From a bacterium (GTDB lineage: Bacteria; SAR324; NAC60-12), in NCBI GenBank assembly GCA_965233585.1, contig CBDDTI010000221.1, forward strand, positions 1 through 11,258: DNA of 11,258 nt, read 5' to 3'. The position numbers were made by a program, and so were the translations under genes. Under the pieces are notes generated by a model. The model was not told the DNA's origin, did no database searches, and worked only from the letters and a program-made list of their open reading frames with translations. Of this stretch, positions 9,374 to 11,258 are shown one piece after another (position 1 is the first letter of the stretch; each line of letters opens with the position of its first letter).

Positions 9374-9804
9374 GTCCACGTGGAGGATGTTTCATTCTGA
9401 AAACGCATCAAATCCTCTCCATCCACACTACGCCAGAGGAAGTTAAAAACTGGTCATTTTTGATTTATGCTTGCGAAAAACCTGGACAGTGAAATCACAT
9501 GATTACTTAGCCTCCTACGCAGACGTTCTTAGGCTTGTCACACGTTCCTCCCCACGCGTGACAAGCCTAAGAACGTCTGCATGACAGGCTAATGATTACT
9601 ATCACGTCCTCGGACTCGAAGAGCTGCGTTTTAAACTTGTTTTCCATCCACACGAAATGAAAAGCTGGCATTTTCAAATTCCTCTGGTCTGAAAAGCGTT
9701 TTCCAAAAGTTTCGTTTTCGTGACGGATTAGTGTGGCGGTAGCCCTAACCATTGAAGTAAAGCTGTCTTTATAAATTCCTCCGACGTAATACTAGTGTGG
9801 ACGC
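9374..9804. mobile_element. Degenerate MITE with tccacac(ta)/tagtgtgg motifs (Harbinger-like), host of the 84-bp MITE
   Basis: tccacac motifs at ~9422 and ~9647 face tagtgtgg motifs at ~9729 and ~9793. ccacactacgccagaggaa is partly inverted as ttcctccgacgta...gtgtgg. The termini are eroded. Confidence 0.6.
9508..9591. mobile_element. 84-bp hairpin MITE with TAG...CTA ends and a 9-bp TSD (AcademH-like)
   Basis: The 38-bp arms 9508-9545 and 9554-9591 are 33/38 complementary around an 8-nt loop. The TSD ATGATTACT is perfect at 9499-9507 and 9592-9600. Confidence 0.85.
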
Positions 9805-9819
9805 TTCCAATCAGTTGGT

Positions 9820-10055
9820 TTCGCAGTTACTGCTCTGCTCGAGAATATCGCTCGCCCGGAAATATTGCCCCGGGAACATCGCATCATCCCGCCTCGCTAG
9901 ACCGCTCCAGTCTCCTTCGGTTTAAGGCGTGGCACCTAAGCTGTTGAAGAGGAAATGATTAACCATCGTCATTTTGTTATGAGCTTGAGAGGGGTATATT
10001 ATCGCAGTGTACTGTAAGTCATTTGTCCGTGTGTTTTCTTCTCACGCTAGCAAAC
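9820..10055 (+). promoter_or_regulatory. Probable promoter or 5' UTR region of the PITPNC1-like gene
   Basis: A relatively GC/CpG-rich, non-repetitive stretch lies directly upstream of the start codon. The TSS cannot be determined from sequence. Confidence 0.4.
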
Positions 10056-10103
10056 ATGATATTGAAGGAGTACAGGATCTGTATGCCGATGACGGTAGAG
10101 GAG
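10056..10103 (+). CDS. PITPNC1: First coding exon of a cytoplasmic phosphatidylinositol transfer protein (PITPNC1/RdgB-beta-like); intron 1 starts at 10104 and extends beyond the window
   Basis: ATG at 10056 (context caaacATG) translates as MILKEYRICMPMTVEE, nearly identical to the PITPNC1 N-terminus as I recall it (MLLKEYRICMPLTVDE). It is followed directly by a phase-0 donor, GAG|gtacgt. The expected next exon (Y.IGQLYM) was not found in the window. Confidence 0.9.
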
Positions 10104-11258
10104 GTACGTTTAATAGGTCAGATCTAGGTTAAACCACATTAAATGTTTGACATCATGTAGACTTCGCCGGTATGCATGCGAAATTTATGACAACACAAAC
10201 TCGACACTAACTAAAACATCAACTCTATGGATAGAGTGCATGTTTTGAATAAATTCGAGATTGGACCTTGCTTTTGGCTCCTAGCTTTCTTTAATTGTGT
10301 TCAGAAGTTAGGCACCGAATTGAAATCGAATAATATTTCGCGATCTCGTATAGCAGTTGCCCGTGATCATAATTTCGTTTGGCCGTAAAGTAGTAGATAA
10401 GTTAATTTGAGGGATGCCGCGATCGAGCTATTCGATTGATATGATATTGCTGCATAATCGACGCAAGATGGAGAATTTTATGTAATTCAGGTATTTGTTA
10501 TTTGAGTGTTTAATGGTGCATGATACCGGGATGATGTGAGCTAAGAATGCCAAGTTTGCTGGGGTTGCCAGATCGAGAAGTATTTAAGCTTAAGCTTCTG
10601 GCACCGCCGGCTTCAAAAGATTATGTACGTATGCAAGTTATATGTGTATAGGAGATGATTTTTGACAAGCGGACTGTGGAAGTAGTGAAATTCTTTAATA
10701 TTAAAGCAGTGGTTGCGATTGATAAATTAAGTGATTTTGGGTGACTATAAATACGGGTTTATAATTAAGTGAGATGGATCCGTTGTGTCATTATTCGCCT
10801 CGATCAGCGATCACCGTGGAGGACAGCCACCGGAGAAGTAATCTTCAAATAAAGCAAGCATAATAGCCATCGTCTTTGGCCGTACTTCTACTCAAGAGGC
10901 GAAAAATGTTATTCGTGACCATAGATGACGTTTATTTTCTTAGGTTGTCTTTTATCTTTATCATTGGCGTGTTTTATCCCTTGAAAAGTACGTTTTGAAA
11001 GGTCTTTCAAATTCTTATCTCGAGTTTCAGTTAATTTAATTTTGATAATTAGCAGCTTCCTTCATGGAGAATGATACCATTTCCCACGCAAATAGCGTTT
11101 TTTCCCAGTCGTGAAGATGTAATATTGTTGGGGAGCGTTCTATTATACACGAAATATCCTACATGTAAATTTTGTTTTTAACTAAATTTTAGCTTGTGTT
11201 CAGACTGTTTAAAGCACGGAAATGTACCATTTCAAAAATTGTGCTTGTTAGGTTTAAA

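Noticed and set aside
10014..10050. gtaagt...ctag mini-intron joining the uORF to the PITP exon
   Set aside because: It is only 37 nt, and splicing would not place the uORF in frame with ATG 10056.

Overview
This is AT-rich eukaryotic (animal) genomic DNA. The repeat families resemble those of stony corals or other cnidarians (inference from recall, not a search). The only host gene I can support is the first coding exon of a PITPNC1/RdgB-beta-like phosphatidylinositol transfer protein (10056-10103, +), which the ORF track misses; its first intron runs off the window. Most of the upstream ~10 kb is nested transposable elements. The largest nest has three levels: a 3.6-kb PIF/Harbinger-like element (TTA TSD, two outward-facing decayed gene ends) contains a hairpin-ended repeat, whose apex is interrupted by a young Mutator/Phantom-like foldback element with ~360-bp TIRs, tandem 15-mer arrays and a transposase C-terminal fragment. 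Other elements are a 5'-truncated RTE LINE with a 14-bp TSD, an 84-bp AcademH-like MITE with a 9-bp TSD, Kolobok-like and Harbinger-like MITEs, and a 20-bp perfect palindrome flanked by a 7-bp duplication. A 32-bp-stem hairpin at 4180-4311 is unexplained. There is no CRISPR, rRNA or tRNA, and most listed ORFs appear spurious.
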